Assembly: GCA_964597995.1 (NCBI GenBank)
Contig: CAZRAC010000001.1
Coordinates: 23,556 to 87,555 of the forward strand
Reading direction: 5' to 3'
DNA from: an uncultured Syntrophaceae bacterium
GTDB lineage: Bacteria > Desulfobacterota > Syntrophia > Syntrophales > UBA4778
DNA: 64,000 nt
Shown: positions 1 to 9,160 of the stretch, one piece after another
How the letters are laid out: every line of letters starts with the position of its first letter
Numbering within the stretch: position 1 is the first letter of the stretch
Made by a program: the position numbers and the translations under genes
Notes under the pieces: model-generated
What the model was told of the DNA's origin: nothing
The model's database searches: none
The model's input: only the letters and a program-made list of their open reading frames with translations

Positions 1-107
1 TCATCTATCGCAACGACGGAGCCGAGGTGCGGGAAGGGGCCGACGTTTTCCGCAGACCGGTCTCCCGCGAATCGATGGAGCAGCTTCTTCAGGAGGTTCA
101 TGCCTAG
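1..107 (+). CDS. 3' end of an unidentified CDS truncated by the window start
   Basis: Open frame from nt 3 (..IYRNDGAEVREGADVFRRPVSRESMEQLLQEVHA) ends at TAG 105-107. A hairpin plus T-run follows. The product is not recognisable. Confidence 0.3.
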   Translation, partial: IYRNDGAEVREGADVFRRPVSRESMEQLLQEVHA

Positions 108-120
108 CCCTTTGCCGCGG

Positions 121-149
121 CCCCGGTCCGACCGGGGTCATCTTTTTTT
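121..149 (+). terminator. Rho-independent terminator
   Basis: Stem CCCCGG / CCGGGG with loop TCCGA, followed by TCATCTTTTTTT, just after the upstream stop codon. Confidence 0.65.
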
Positions 150-245
150 CCTGTTCATCTCCAAGAATTTATATTACAAATCTTACCTTAGCGAAGCGGC
201 TGTCCGCAGCCGCGGCCATCTCAGAACGTCAGGAGGAAGGTTGGA

Positions 246-755
246 ATGAAAGGCAAGAGAGTCAAGGAAAGCACCGTTGTTATGGCTCAGCAGATGAACC
301 CGCAGGATGCGAATCCGGCAGGTAATGTCCACGGCGGTGTGATCATGAAACTCATCGACACTGCGGCGGGAGCTGTTGCCGTCCGTCATGGCAGGACAAA
401 TGCCGTGACTGCCTCCATCGACCGGCTGGACTTTCACCATCCCGTTTTTATCGGCGATTTCCTGACCCTGCGGGCCAGTCTGAATCTTGTGGGGAAGACC
501 TCTATGGAAGTGGGTGTCCGGGTGGAATCCGAGAACCTCAAGACCGGCGAGCGGCACCATACGGCGTCCGCCTACATGACCTTTGTGGCACTGGACGATA
601 ACGGCCGTCCCGTGCCGGTGCCCCCGCTGATTCTTGAGACCGACGATGAGAAGCGGCGGAACCGGGAGGCGAAAGCCAGGCGTAGGACCCGCCTTGCAGA
701 AAAAACCAAGGAAAAAGAATGCCAGTTGAACGCGACCGGCTGCGATCTGGACTGA
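246..755 (+). CDS. Acyl-CoA thioesterase, hotdog fold (YciA-like)
   Basis: 169 aa. NPAGNVHGGVIMKLIDTAAG, TASIDRLDFHHPV and ASAYMTFVALD are typical of hotdog acyl-CoA hydrolases. Confidence 0.8.
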   Translation: MKGKRVKESTVVMAQQMNPQDANPAGNVHGGVIMKLIDTAAGAVAVRHGRTNAVTASIDRLDFHHPVFIGDFLTLRASLNLVGKTSMEVGVRVESENLKTGERHHTASAYMTFVALDDNGRPVPVPPLILETDDEKRRNREAKARRRTRLAEKTKEKECQLNATGCDLD

Positions 756-805
756 CAAAGGCAGGCGTGTTCAGCAAGATGACCCGGCAGAAAGGGGTTT
801 TGGGT

Positions 806-1660
806 TCAGGGGGGCGGGGAGCCGCTTTCCGCCGATTCCTTCCTGATCAGGTACAGGGCAGCTCCGCCGACCATCATCAGCAGGCATAGTATCTGGCCCA
901 TGCTCAGGGATGCCGCGATGAAGCCGAGCTGCTCGTCGGGTTCGCGGAAAAATTCGATAAAGAAACGGACGAGGCCGTATCCGACGATGTAGAGAGAAAA
1001 CAAGTAGCCGTCGAAGGGATTTTTCTTCCTCAGGCTCCACAGGACGGCAAAGAGAGCCACTCCCTCGAACAATGCCTCGTAGAGCTGTGACGGGTGTCGC
1101 AGTCTGTGGTACGGGTCGAGAGGAAAATACATGCCCCAGGCGACCGAGGTGGCCCGCCCGTAAAGCTCGCCGTTGATGAAATTGCCGATCCTTCCGAAGG
1201 TGTAGCCCAGAGGGGCGGCGGAACTCACGAGGTCGGAAAGCTTCCAGAAATCCGTTTTGTACCGGTTGCAGAAGACAATGGCGGCCGTGAGCACTCCTAT
1301 GACGCCGCCGTGGTATGACATCCCGCTTATCCCGACAAAGCGAAACCCGTCCGAGAATTCGAAAGGCAGTATTATCTCGAGCGGGTGCCGCAGATAGTAA
1401 GCGGGGTTGTAAAAAGCGACGTATCCCAGCCTGGCGCCGATGATAAGGCCCGTGATGGCCCAGATGAAGAGATTCTGGATGGTTTCGCTGGAGTAAGGGA
1501 GGCCTTCGTTCTTGACCCGGTAGATCACGAGGAAATAGGTTACGAGAAAGGCAACGATGTACATCAGGCCGTAATAGCGAAGCTGGAAAGACCCTACCTG
1601 AAACAGGTAAGGGCGGATGTGCTCGGGTATGTGCTGCCAGAGGGCGATAAACTGTTCCAC
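806..1660 (-). CDS. lgt: Prolipoprotein diacylglyceryl transferase
   Basis: 284 aa polytopic membrane protein with the Lgt signature GRIGNFINGELYGR and YHGGVIG. Confidence 0.9.
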   Translation of the reverse strand: MEQFIALWQHIPEHIRPYLFQVGSFQLRYYGLMYIVAFLVTYFLVIYRVKNEGLPYSSETIQNLFIWAITGLIIGARLGYVAFYNPAYYLRHPLEIILPFEFSDGFRFVGISGMSYHGGVIGVLTAAIVFCNRYKTDFWKLSDLVSSAAPLGYTFGRIGNFINGELYGRATSVAWGMYFPLDPYHRLRHPSQLYEALFEGVALFAVLWSLRKKNPFDGYLFSLYIVGYGLVRFFIEFFREPDEQLGFIAASLSMGQILCLLMMVGGAALYLIRKESAESGSPPP

Positions 1661-1671
1661 CGGGTTCCTTT

Positions 1672-2640
1672 TTAGTACGCCTCGCCTTTCAATCCCTCGA
1701 CATAATGCTGCGCCGCAACGCCGGCAATCGCCCCGTCACCGCAGGCCGTGACGACCTGCCGCAGAGGGGTGTTGCGGCAGTCTCCGCAGGCAAAGATGCC
1801 CTTTGCCGAGGTATTCATACGGGGGTCCGTTACCACGTAGCCGTCCCGGTCCAGCTCGACAACCCCGCGCAGGAAGGCCGTGTTGGGGTCGAGGCCGATG
1901 AAAAGGAAGACACCGTCCACCGGGAGCTCCCTCTTCTTACCGGGGTCATTCACGTCACGGATCACCACGGCCGTGACGGAGTCGTCTCCTTTTATCTCCT
2001 CGACGACGGAGTTCCAGGCGAATTCCATCTTCCGTGAGGAGAGACACCTCTCTTTGAGTACCCCCGCCGCCCTGAGTCGGTCCCGACGGTGGATGAGGGT
2101 AACCTTCTTCGCGAAATTGGTCAGGTAAACGGCTTCCTGGGCCGCCGCATCCCCGCCTCCGACGACGGCGACGTTTTTGTCTTTGAAGAAGGGCGCGTCG
2201 CAGGTGGCGCAGTAGGATATCCCCCGGCCGACGAACCTTTCTTCTCCCGGCACCCCCAACTTCCGCCAGGATGTTCCCGTCGCGACAACGACGGCAAGAG
2301 CCCGGCGGCGTTTGTCTCCCGTGGTTACCTCCCATCCCTCGACCCCGGCGAGGTCGCATTTCCCGAGAGAGGTCACCTCTGCCTGGGCGATTTTTGCGCC
2401 GAATTTTGCTGCTTGATTCCTGAATCGCTCGACCAGGTCGAAGCCCCCGATGCCCTCCGGGAATCCGGGATAGTTCTCCACGTGCTCCGAGAGGGAAATC
2501 TGGCTCACCGTGGACGCGCCTTCGACCACGAGTACTTTGAGGCCGGCCCTGGCGGCGTAGAGTCCGGCGGTGAAACCGCCGGGGCCTCCGCCGACGACGA
2601 TGACGTCATGGGCATCTTCAGGCATCCGATAATCGGTCAT
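1672..2640 (-). CDS. trxB: Thioredoxin-disulfide reductase
   Basis: 322 aa. FAD motif VIVVGGGPGGFTAG, redox CATCD, NADPH motif VVGGGDAAAQEA, C-terminal GDC. Confidence 0.9.
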   Translation of the reverse strand: MTDYRMPEDAHDVIVVGGGPGGFTAGLYAARAGLKVLVVEGASTVSQISLSEHVENYPGFPEGIGGFDLVERFRNQAAKFGAKIAQAEVTSLGKCDLAGVEGWEVTTGDKRRRALAVVVATGTSWRKLGVPGEERFVGRGISYCATCDAPFFKDKNVAVVGGGDAAAQEAVYLTNFAKKVTLIHRRDRLRAAGVLKERCLSSRKMEFAWNSVVEEIKGDDSVTAVVIRDVNDPGKKRELPVDGVFLFIGLDPNTAFLRGVVELDRDGYVVTDPRMNTSAKGIFACGDCRNTPLRQVVTACGDGAIAGVAAQHYVEGLKGEAY

Positions 2641-2668
2641 GAGCCTTTTTCTCCTTCACTGAACTTTG

Positions 2669-2822
2669 ATGGACTCGTAAAAAGTCGAGAATTACGCGTT
2701 TCGTCATTCCGGCGAACGCCGGAATCCAGTATATTCAATATGTTCTGGATGCCCCCGTATCGAGTACGGGGCAGGCTTAATCAAGTCCGGCATGACGTTT
2801 TTGGACTTTTTACGGGGACGTC
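2669..2822 (+). mobile_element. MITE-like element, long (154 bp) variant, copy A
   Basis: Ends ATGGACTCGTAAAAAGTC / GACTTTTTACGGGGACGTC form imperfect terminal inverted repeats. Flanked by direct repeat AACTTTG (2662-2668 and 2823-2829). By eye it is identical to the reverse complement of copy B. Confidence 0.75.
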
Positions 2823-3013
2823 AACTTTGGGGATTACCGCGAAAGATGGGAAAAATTCCTCTTCACCAGTCTTCCGTGGGGTCTACTTTTAAACAATATC
2901 TCTTCAGATTTCAAATTAAATCGGCAGAGCCAGCGTTTCCGGGTCTAGTTTTTGTGGCCCCGTTTCCGGTAATATGGTATAAAAAAAGAGTTTTTTCGCG
3001 CGAGGAGGCTCCG

Positions 3014-4402
3014 GTGAGGCTGGGATACCACCTGAAGAGATACCAGGACCTGATGGCCGCTCTTATCATGGGAGGCGAGATGAATGTCCGGGAATCCTGG
3101 AGCAGGGAGCAGCTTCTCCTTTTTCAGGAGCAACGGTTGCAGTTCCTCGTGCATTTCGCCCGTCAGCGTTCCCCCTTTTATCGCGAGGCCTACAGCGCCT
3201 TCCCCGACGCGAGGCCTGTCCGTCTCGCCGAACTGCCCATCATCACCAAAGAGACGGTCATGGAGAACTTCGACCGGTTCGTCACGGACCCCCGCCTTAA
3301 GTTGTCCGACCTTTATGAGTACATCGAACGGAATAAGCAGGATAACTACTACCTGGGGAATTATGTCGTCCTGACGACGGCGGGCACCTCCGGGCTCAAG
3401 GGTGTGTTTGTCTACGACCGGAAATCGTGGCGTTCGATCATCGCCGCACTTACAAGGGCGGCGTCCTTTATGGGGCTCTCCTACGGGCGGAACACAAAGG
3501 TGGCTACCATCGGGGCCGGCAGTCCCAATCACCTGAGCAACCGTACGGCTGTCAGTATAGACGTCGGCCGCCGCAAGGTCCTACGTCTTGACGCCACCGC
3601 GCCATTCGCTAGTATCGTGGCGGCGCTGGACGAATTCAAGCCCGATTATCTCAAGACCTATCCTTCCGTCGCCGCCCTCCTGGCGGAGGAGCAGATGGGC
3701 GGCAGGCTGGACATCCGTCTCCGGGCCGTCCTCACCGGCGCGGAGGTCCTCACGGAAGACCGGAAACAGAAGATTCAGCAAGCCTGGGGGGTCACCCCTT
3801 TCGATTCTTACAGCGCCACGGAAGGCATCATGGCGGCGGAGTGCGCCCATCACCAGGGGAAACATCTCTTCGAAGACCTCTGCATCGTGGAGGTCGTGGA
3901 TGACGAGAACCGGCCTGTCCCCGATGGGGCACCCGGACAGAAGATCCTCCTGACCAACCTCTTCAACTTCGCCCAGCCGTTGATACGGTATGAACTGACC
4001 GACATGGTCACCCTGTCGCCGGAACCGTGTCCCTGCAACAGGCCCTTTCGTCTGATCAGCGTCCTCACCGGACGGCGCGACGACGTCCTTTACTTAGAGG
4101 GACCGGACGGCCGCCCCTCCCCTATCCACTGCGTCCATTTTCACAGTTCGTTGCAGGAGTTGAAGGAAGTCAGGGAATATCAGGTCATCCAGAGGCAGGA
4201 CGGGCTTCATGTCCGCGTAGTGGTCCAGGAAGGGGCGTCGCGGGAGGCGGCTGCGTCAGCAGTACGGGAGGCCCTCCTCAATATGTTTGCCCACGCCGAG
4301 GTACGCGCTCCGGCCATTCATGTCCATTTCGTGGACTGGATCGAAAGAGACCCCGCCAGGATGGGCAAGGTCAAGCTCGTGATGTCGGAGTTAACCGCCT
4401 GA
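3014..4402 (+). CDS. Phenylacetate-CoA ligase / coenzyme F390 synthetase family adenylate-forming enzyme
   Basis: SPFYRE, LPIITKE..FDRFVTD and TTAGTSGLKG (AMP-binding P-loop) fit the PaaK/CapK family. I prefer GTG 3014, which has GAGGAGG 5 nt upstream. The listed ATG 2792 lies inside the MITE. ATG 3053 is an alternative start. Confidence 0.7.
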   Translation: MRLGYHLKRYQDLMAALIMGGEMNVRESWSREQLLLFQEQRLQFLVHFARQRSPFYREAYSAFPDARPVRLAELPIITKETVMENFDRFVTDPRLKLSDLYEYIERNKQDNYYLGNYVVLTTAGTSGLKGVFVYDRKSWRSIIAALTRAASFMGLSYGRNTKVATIGAGSPNHLSNRTAVSIDVGRRKVLRLDATAPFASIVAALDEFKPDYLKTYPSVAALLAEEQMGGRLDIRLRAVLTGAEVLTEDRKQKIQQAWGVTPFDSYSATEGIMAAECAHHQGKHLFEDLCIVEVVDDENRPVPDGAPGQKILLTNLFNFAQPLIRYELTDMVTLSPEPCPCNRPFRLISVLTGRRDDVLYLEGPDGRPSPIHCVHFHSSLQELKEVREYQVIQRQDGLHVRVVVQEGASREAAASAVREALLNMFAHAEVRAPAIHVHFVDWIERDPARMGKVKLVMSELTA

Positions 4403-4414
4403 CCGTGCTAACGG

Positions 4415-5179
4415 TCATCCGTCCCTTCCCCTCAGGAGGTTCACGAACCGCAGGTAAGGGCGCATCTGGGGAGTGCCGCCGCCTTCGGAAATGACCTGCA
4501 AGGTTTTTCCTGTGTCGGAGACGAGCGCCCCGCCGAGGTGGGTCACCGGCGTTCCGGCGAACACCTCGAGGCAAAGAGGTGTGGAGGGACCCAGGACCGC
4601 CACATGCCGGGGGCTTCCCAGTTCCTTCAGTGTTTCCTCCATCGTGCCGTTCAGGAGCGCCGTGGCCGTGATGACGGCGACCGTACAACTCCTCAGGATC
4701 GCCTTCCTTTCTTCTTCGTCGAGGAGCGGCATGCGCGCCGGGTTTCGCTCGATGACGTCGAGCAAGGCCCCCGAGGCCTTTATCTTCGGGACCAGGGGCG
4801 GGAAAAACCCCACCATGGCCACCCGGTCAGCGGGCGTCAGGTTCATGAGCTGCAGGGCGTCCTCTTCTTTTCCCCCCCGGATGCCCGTCTGGAGGATGGC
4901 GTTTGCGGTTGCAAGTCCGAGGGCGCTCTCTACCGGGTTTTTCGCCTCCAGGAGAAATCTCAGGAGGTCGGCTGCGGAGGAATTCGCCAGCCTTCCGGCG
5001 TAGGGGAAGCGCAGGCAGTCGCCGGTGACCCCGCTTAAGAACGTCGCCGCCAGGCCCATCCGGTCCTCGAACACCCGAACGCCGACATAGCAGATTCCGA
5101 TGCGTATATCCTGAACCGGTGTATCCGCGTCGCCGCAAACTCTCTCGTATATGCGCCTCAGTATCTCGCCCTTTTTCAT
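4415..5179 (-). CDS. DUF4213/DUF364 domain protein (putative Rossmann-like chelation domain)
   Basis: 254 aa. The N-terminal V.D.RIG..Y..V....G.GLA pattern and a C-terminal Rossmann-like half (VAMVGFFPPL) match my recollection of the DUF364 family. Confidence 0.6.
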   Translation of the reverse strand: MKKGEILRRIYERVCGDADTPVQDIRIGICYVGVRVFEDRMGLAATFLSGVTGDCLRFPYAGRLANSSAADLLRFLLEAKNPVESALGLATANAILQTGIRGGKEEDALQLMNLTPADRVAMVGFFPPLVPKIKASGALLDVIERNPARMPLLDEEERKAILRSCTVAVITATALLNGTMEETLKELGSPRHVAVLGPSTPLCLEVFAGTPVTHLGGALVSDTGKTLQVISEGGGTPQMRPYLRFVNLLRGRDG

Positions 5180-5243
5180 CGTCGGCCTCCCCCGAGGGTC
5201 TTTTGCGGGGGCATCTTAGCCCTTTTCCCCGGACCTTGCAACC

Positions 5244-5273
5244 GCATCCGTCGGTTCTGCATCCGTCGGTTCT
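5244..5273. repeat. Perfect tandem direct repeat, 2 x 15 bp (GCATCCGTCGGTTCT)
   Basis: Read directly from the sequence. It lies in the divergent intergenic region between the DUF364 gene (-) and the DUF4384 gene (+). Confidence 0.8.
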
Positions 5274-5357
5274 CACGCGGAATTCCTTGACTCCCTGCGG
5301 GATCGTCTGTAGGGTAAAACCATCGACTCACCGGTTCTTCGGGGAAGGAGGCTTGAG

Positions 5358-6221
5358 ATGAAGAAGGCGCTTCTCGTGGTTTTGCTGCTTGTCCTCACGG
5401 TTTCCCATGTCTATGCCGCCCAGTCCGCGATCACGGAGGCGGAGGGTTACGCCTGCCAGGGGGAGGACAAGTCGAGGAGGCAGACGGAGCAGGCCGCGAC
5501 GGCCGACGCGAAACGCAAGGCCATCGAGCAGGTCTCCGCGTATGTCACGAGTGAGACGGAGGTAAAGGATTTCACCCTCCAGAAGGACCTGGCCCAGGCC
5601 TACTCGCGGGCGACCGTCAAGGTCATCCAGGAGTTGGAGAAGGGGTGGTACCGGGATGCCTCCCTCGGCGATTGCTACCGGATAAAGGTCAAGGCCGAGG
5701 TGATCCCCGACGAACAGGAGATGATGGCGATTGCGAAGGGCAAGACGGCGGACGACCCATCGGCGCCGCTTTGCGTCCGGGTCTGGACGGACAAACAGGC
5801 CTACGGGGCGGGCGAGCGGGTCAAGGTCTACCTCAAGGGCAACAAGCCCTTCTATGCCACGATCCTTTATAGGGATGCCGGAGGGAAGCTCGTACAACTC
5901 CTCCCCAACCCCCACAGGAAGGACAACTACTTCAACGGCGGAGTCGTCTATGAGGTCCCCGCGGGCAACGACCGGTTCGAGTTGGAGGTGGCCCCGCCCT
6001 TCGGCGAGGAGCAGGTCATCGTCTATGCGGGCACCACCCCGCCGGGAGACGTAAGTGTAGTGGAGCGGGGCGGGGTGTACGAGGTCAAGACCCGGGCCTC
6101 CGAGGTCGGTGAACGGACACGGGGCGTCAAGCTCACCCAAAAACTCAGCGCTGCCGGTGCGGTAGCCGCGGAGTTCTTCGAGGGGAAGGCGACCCTGACC
6201 ACGGAAGGCAGTAAGCGATGA
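5358..6221 (+). CDS. Secreted DUF4384 domain protein
   Basis: Signal peptide MKKALLVVLLLVLTVSHVYA. The C-terminal half VRVWTDKQAYGAGERVKVYLKGNKPFYATILYRDAGGKLVQLLPN matches the DUF4384 pattern. The stop overlaps the next start (ATGA at 6218-6221). Confidence 0.7.
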   Translation: MKKALLVVLLLVLTVSHVYAAQSAITEAEGYACQGEDKSRRQTEQAATADAKRKAIEQVSAYVTSETEVKDFTLQKDLAQAYSRATVKVIQELEKGWYRDASLGDCYRIKVKAEVIPDEQEMMAIAKGKTADDPSAPLCVRVWTDKQAYGAGERVKVYLKGNKPFYATILYRDAGGKLVQLLPNPHRKDNYFNGGVVYEVPAGNDRFELEVAPPFGEEQVIVYAGTTPPGDVSVVERGGVYEVKTRASEVGERTRGVKLTQKLSAAGAVAAEFFEGKATLTTEGSKR

Positions 6222-9100
6222 AGAGACGATTCTGCGAAGTCTTGATTCTTTCTATCATCATTTTAGCGGTGGGGGCGTGTGCAGGGAAGCTGCCGACAGA
6301 GCCTACCTTAAGGATCGAGACGGGCATGCATTCCGCTCCCATAACGAGGATCGGCGTGGATGTCGGGAACCGCTATCTTGTCACGGGTTCTAACGACAAG
6401 ACAGTCCGGGTCTGGGAACTAGCGACGGGGAGGCTCTTGCAGACCCTGAGGCCCCCCATCGGCGGTGTAGATGAGGGAAAGATCTATGCCGTAGCCCTTT
6501 CTCCCGACGGAAGGACGGTCGCTGCCGCCGGTCAGACGGGGTATGAATGGGGTTGGAATGTCTCCATCTACTTTTTCGACCGCGCGAGCGGACGGATGAT
6601 TAAAAAGATGAGCGGACTGCCTCGGGTTATCTCAAACCTCACCTATTCCCGGAACGGAAGGTACATCGTCGCTGGTCTTGTGAGCAAAAAGGGCATCCGG
6701 GTCTACCGGACCACCGACTATAGACTTGTTTTGAAAGACAGAGATTATGGAGACTCATGTTACGGCGCCGACTTCGATAAAACAGGGCGGCTCGTGACGA
6801 CATCGTGGGATGGTTATGTCAGGCTTTATGCCAATGATTTCAAGCTAATCACGAAAGAGGAGGCACCCGACGGAAAGAGACCTCATGGGGTCAGCTTTTC
6901 CCCCGACGGCGCGAAGATCGCCGTCGGTTTTACTGATTCTACAAAGGTAGACGTCCTCTCCGGCGAAGACCTCTCCTACCTCTATTCCCCCGACACCGGC
7001 GACATCACAAATGGCAATATGTCAACGGTCTCCTGGTCTCAGGACGGAAGTTACCTTTATGCCGGAGGACGGGCGCAAAAGTTTGTGAATGAAGAATTGA
7101 AATGCATCACCCGCAAATGGCGCGATGAAGGTAGTGGGGGTTACGTGGACCTACCGGCGGCGGAAAACACGATCATGCAGATTATTCCCCTGCGATCCGG
7201 CGGCATCGTCTTTGGCTCCGCCGACCCTGCATTCGGCGTCTTCGATGCCTCAGACCGATTGGCGGTGTACAAAGGACCAGAGATTGCAGATTTAAGGGGT
7301 AATCGGGAAGGATTCCTCGTTTCCGATGACGGCGCTACCGTCCAATTTGGCTACGAACGATTCGGCAAATCATCGGCGAGATTCTCCGTATCCGAAAGGC
7401 TCCTGGAGCTGAATCCAGGCCCTTCCGATTCGCAGAACTTGAACCCCCCGGTGACTTCAACAGCAGACTTGAATATCGCCGACTGGAAAAATACTTATCA
7501 GCCGAAGTTAAGCGGCAGACCATTAAAACTGGAACAATACGAGATATCCCGCAGTCTCACCGTTTCCCCGGGGGGAAAGACCTTTCTCTTGGGGACAGAA
7601 TGGTATCTCCGCCTGTTCGACGGCGAAGGGACGGAGATATGGAAGGTTTCTATTCCGGATAGTGCAGGGGCCGTCAACGTCTCCGGTGACGGGAAGGTGG
7701 CTGTTGCTGCTATTGCTGACGGAACGATCAGGTGGTACCGGATGAAGGACGGGAAGGAGATTCTCGCGCTCTTTCCCCATAAAGACAGGAAACGCTGGGT
7801 CTTATGGACTCCCTCCGGTTACTACGACGCCGCCCCCGGCGCCGAGGAGCTCATCGGCTGGCACGTGAATAACGGCAAAGACGCCGCCGCCGACTTCTTT
7901 CCCGCGTCCCGGTTCAGGGCCGCCTACTACCGCCCCGACGTGGTGGCGAAAGTCATCGAGACGTTAGACGAGCGCGAGGCGGTAAGGCTGGCCGATGAGG
8001 AGTCGGGGAGGAGAAAACAGGCGGTCACCGTCCGGGAAATGCTTCCCCCTGTCGTAACGATCGTGAGCCCTGCCGACGGGGCCGAGGTCTCCATCCCGGA
8101 GGTGACGGTCAAGTTCAGCGTCCGTACCCCCTCCGGTGAGCCCGTGACGGCCGTAAAGGCGCTGGTGGACGGGAGGCCGGCGGCCGCCGAGCGCGGCGTG
8201 AAGATAGTAGAGAGGGAAGGGGATGTGCAGGAACTCCGGGTCACGATCCCGGAGAGGGACGTGGAGATCGCCGTGATCGCCGAGAATAGGTATACCGCGA
8301 GCGAACCGGCGACCGTTAGGGTTAGGTGGAAGGGTGCGCCGAGGGAAGAATTCGTCGTCAAACCCAGGCTCTATGTGCTCGCCGTCGGCGTCAGTAATTA
8401 CGCGGACAAGAGCCTGCGGCTTTCCTTCGCCGCCAAGGACGCCCGGGACTTTGTGACGGTCATGGATGTGCAAAAGGGCAGGCTGTACCGGGACGTTGTG
8501 GTAAAGGTCATGACCGATGAGGGTGCGACCAAGGACGAGATACTGGACGGCCTCGATTGGCTCCAGAAAGAGACGACGAGCAAGGATGTGGCGATGGTAT
8601 TTCTTGCCGGCCACGGGGTGAATGACCCGAGCGGGGTGTATTACTATCTTCCCGTCAATGCGGACACGGACCGGCTGAAGAGGACCGGCGTCGCCTTCTC
8701 GGACATCAAGAACACCGTCGCCTCCCTTGCCGGTAAGGCCGTTGTCTTTGTCGATACCTGCCATGCGGGCAGTGTCATGGGTGCGCGGAGGGGAGTGGCC
8801 GACATAACGGCTGTCGTCAATGAGCTGGCGAGCGCCGAAAACGGCGCCGTGGTCTTCGCCTCCTCTACGGGCAGGCAGTACGCCCTCGAGGATGCGGCAT
8901 GGGGTAATGGGGCGTTCACCAGGGCCCTCGTCGAGGGCATAGGCGGAAAGGCGGACTACACGGGCAAGGGCAAGATCACTGTGAATATGCTCGACCTCTA
9001 TCTCTCGGAGCGGGTGAAGGAGCTCACAAAGGGAAGACAGACGCCGACGACGACCAAGCCCCATACGGTCCCCGACTTCCCCATCGCCGTGACGAGGTGA
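6218..9100 (+). CDS. Exported WD40-repeat / Ig-like / peptidase C14 (caspase, orthocaspase) protein, probable lipoprotein
   Basis: 960 aa. Signal with lipobox-like AVGAC. WD40 repeats (VTGSNDKTVRVWELATG, SWDGYVRLY, ADGTIRWY). C-terminal caspase fold with His (FLAGHG) and Cys (VDTCHAG) dyad. Confidence 0.85.
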   Translation: MKRRFCEVLILSIIILAVGACAGKLPTEPTLRIETGMHSAPITRIGVDVGNRYLVTGSNDKTVRVWELATGRLLQTLRPPIGGVDEGKIYAVALSPDGRTVAAAGQTGYEWGWNVSIYFFDRASGRMIKKMSGLPRVISNLTYSRNGRYIVAGLVSKKGIRVYRTTDYRLVLKDRDYGDSCYGADFDKTGRLVTTSWDGYVRLYANDFKLITKEEAPDGKRPHGVSFSPDGAKIAVGFTDSTKVDVLSGEDLSYLYSPDTGDITNGNMSTVSWSQDGSYLYAGGRAQKFVNEELKCITRKWRDEGSGGYVDLPAAENTIMQIIPLRSGGIVFGSADPAFGVFDASDRLAVYKGPEIADLRGNREGFLVSDDGATVQFGYERFGKSSARFSVSERLLELNPGPSDSQNLNPPVTSTADLNIADWKNTYQPKLSGRPLKLEQYEISRSLTVSPGGKTFLLGTEWYLRLFDGEGTEIWKVSIPDSAGAVNVSGDGKVAVAAIADGTIRWYRMKDGKEILALFPHKDRKRWVLWTPSGYYDAAPGAEELIGWHVNNGKDAAADFFPASRFRAAYYRPDVVAKVIETLDEREAVRLADEESGRRKQAVTVREMLPPVVTIVSPADGAEVSIPEVTVKFSVRTPSGEPVTAVKALVDGRPAAAERGVKIVEREGDVQELRVTIPERDVEIAVIAENRYTASEPATVRVRWKGAPREEFVVKPRLYVLAVGVSNYADKSLRLSFAAKDARDFVTVMDVQKGRLYRDVVVKVMTDEGATKDEILDGLDWLQKETTSKDVAMVFLAGHGVNDPSGVYYYLPVNADTDRLKRTGVAFSDIKNTVASLAGKAVVFVDTCHAGSVMGARRGVADITAVVNELASAENGAVVFASSTGRQYALEDAAWGNGAFTRALVEGIGGKADYTGKGKITVNMLDLYLSERVKELTKGRQTPTTTKPHTVPDFPIAVTR

Positions 9101-9160
9101 TCGAGGCCTCCGCGAAATACGCTGAAGGGTGCTTTTGAAGGAGCGGCCGCCCGGCTACGG

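Noticed and set aside
2792-3013. N-terminal 74 aa of the listed 536-aa ORF, and similarly ATG 60063 and the 200-aa version of 39800..40402
   Set aside because: The ORF extensions start inside or at the edge of MITE copies, or in sequence that does not look coding. Family-conserved N-termini and good RBSs lie at the downstream starts (3014, 60093, 40195).
5328-6140. Long antisense or overlapping ORFs opposite real genes: 5328..6140(-), 7964..9064(-), 17640..18383(+), 23703..24554(-), 30852..32429(+), 32859..33977(+), 42060..42788(-), 48085..49155(-), 26693..27601(-)
   Set aside because: They have Arg/Gly/Pro-rich, low-complexity translations, which is typical of stop-poor shadow frames in GC-rich DNA. 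Each is fully overlapped by an ORF with clear family motifs on the other strand.
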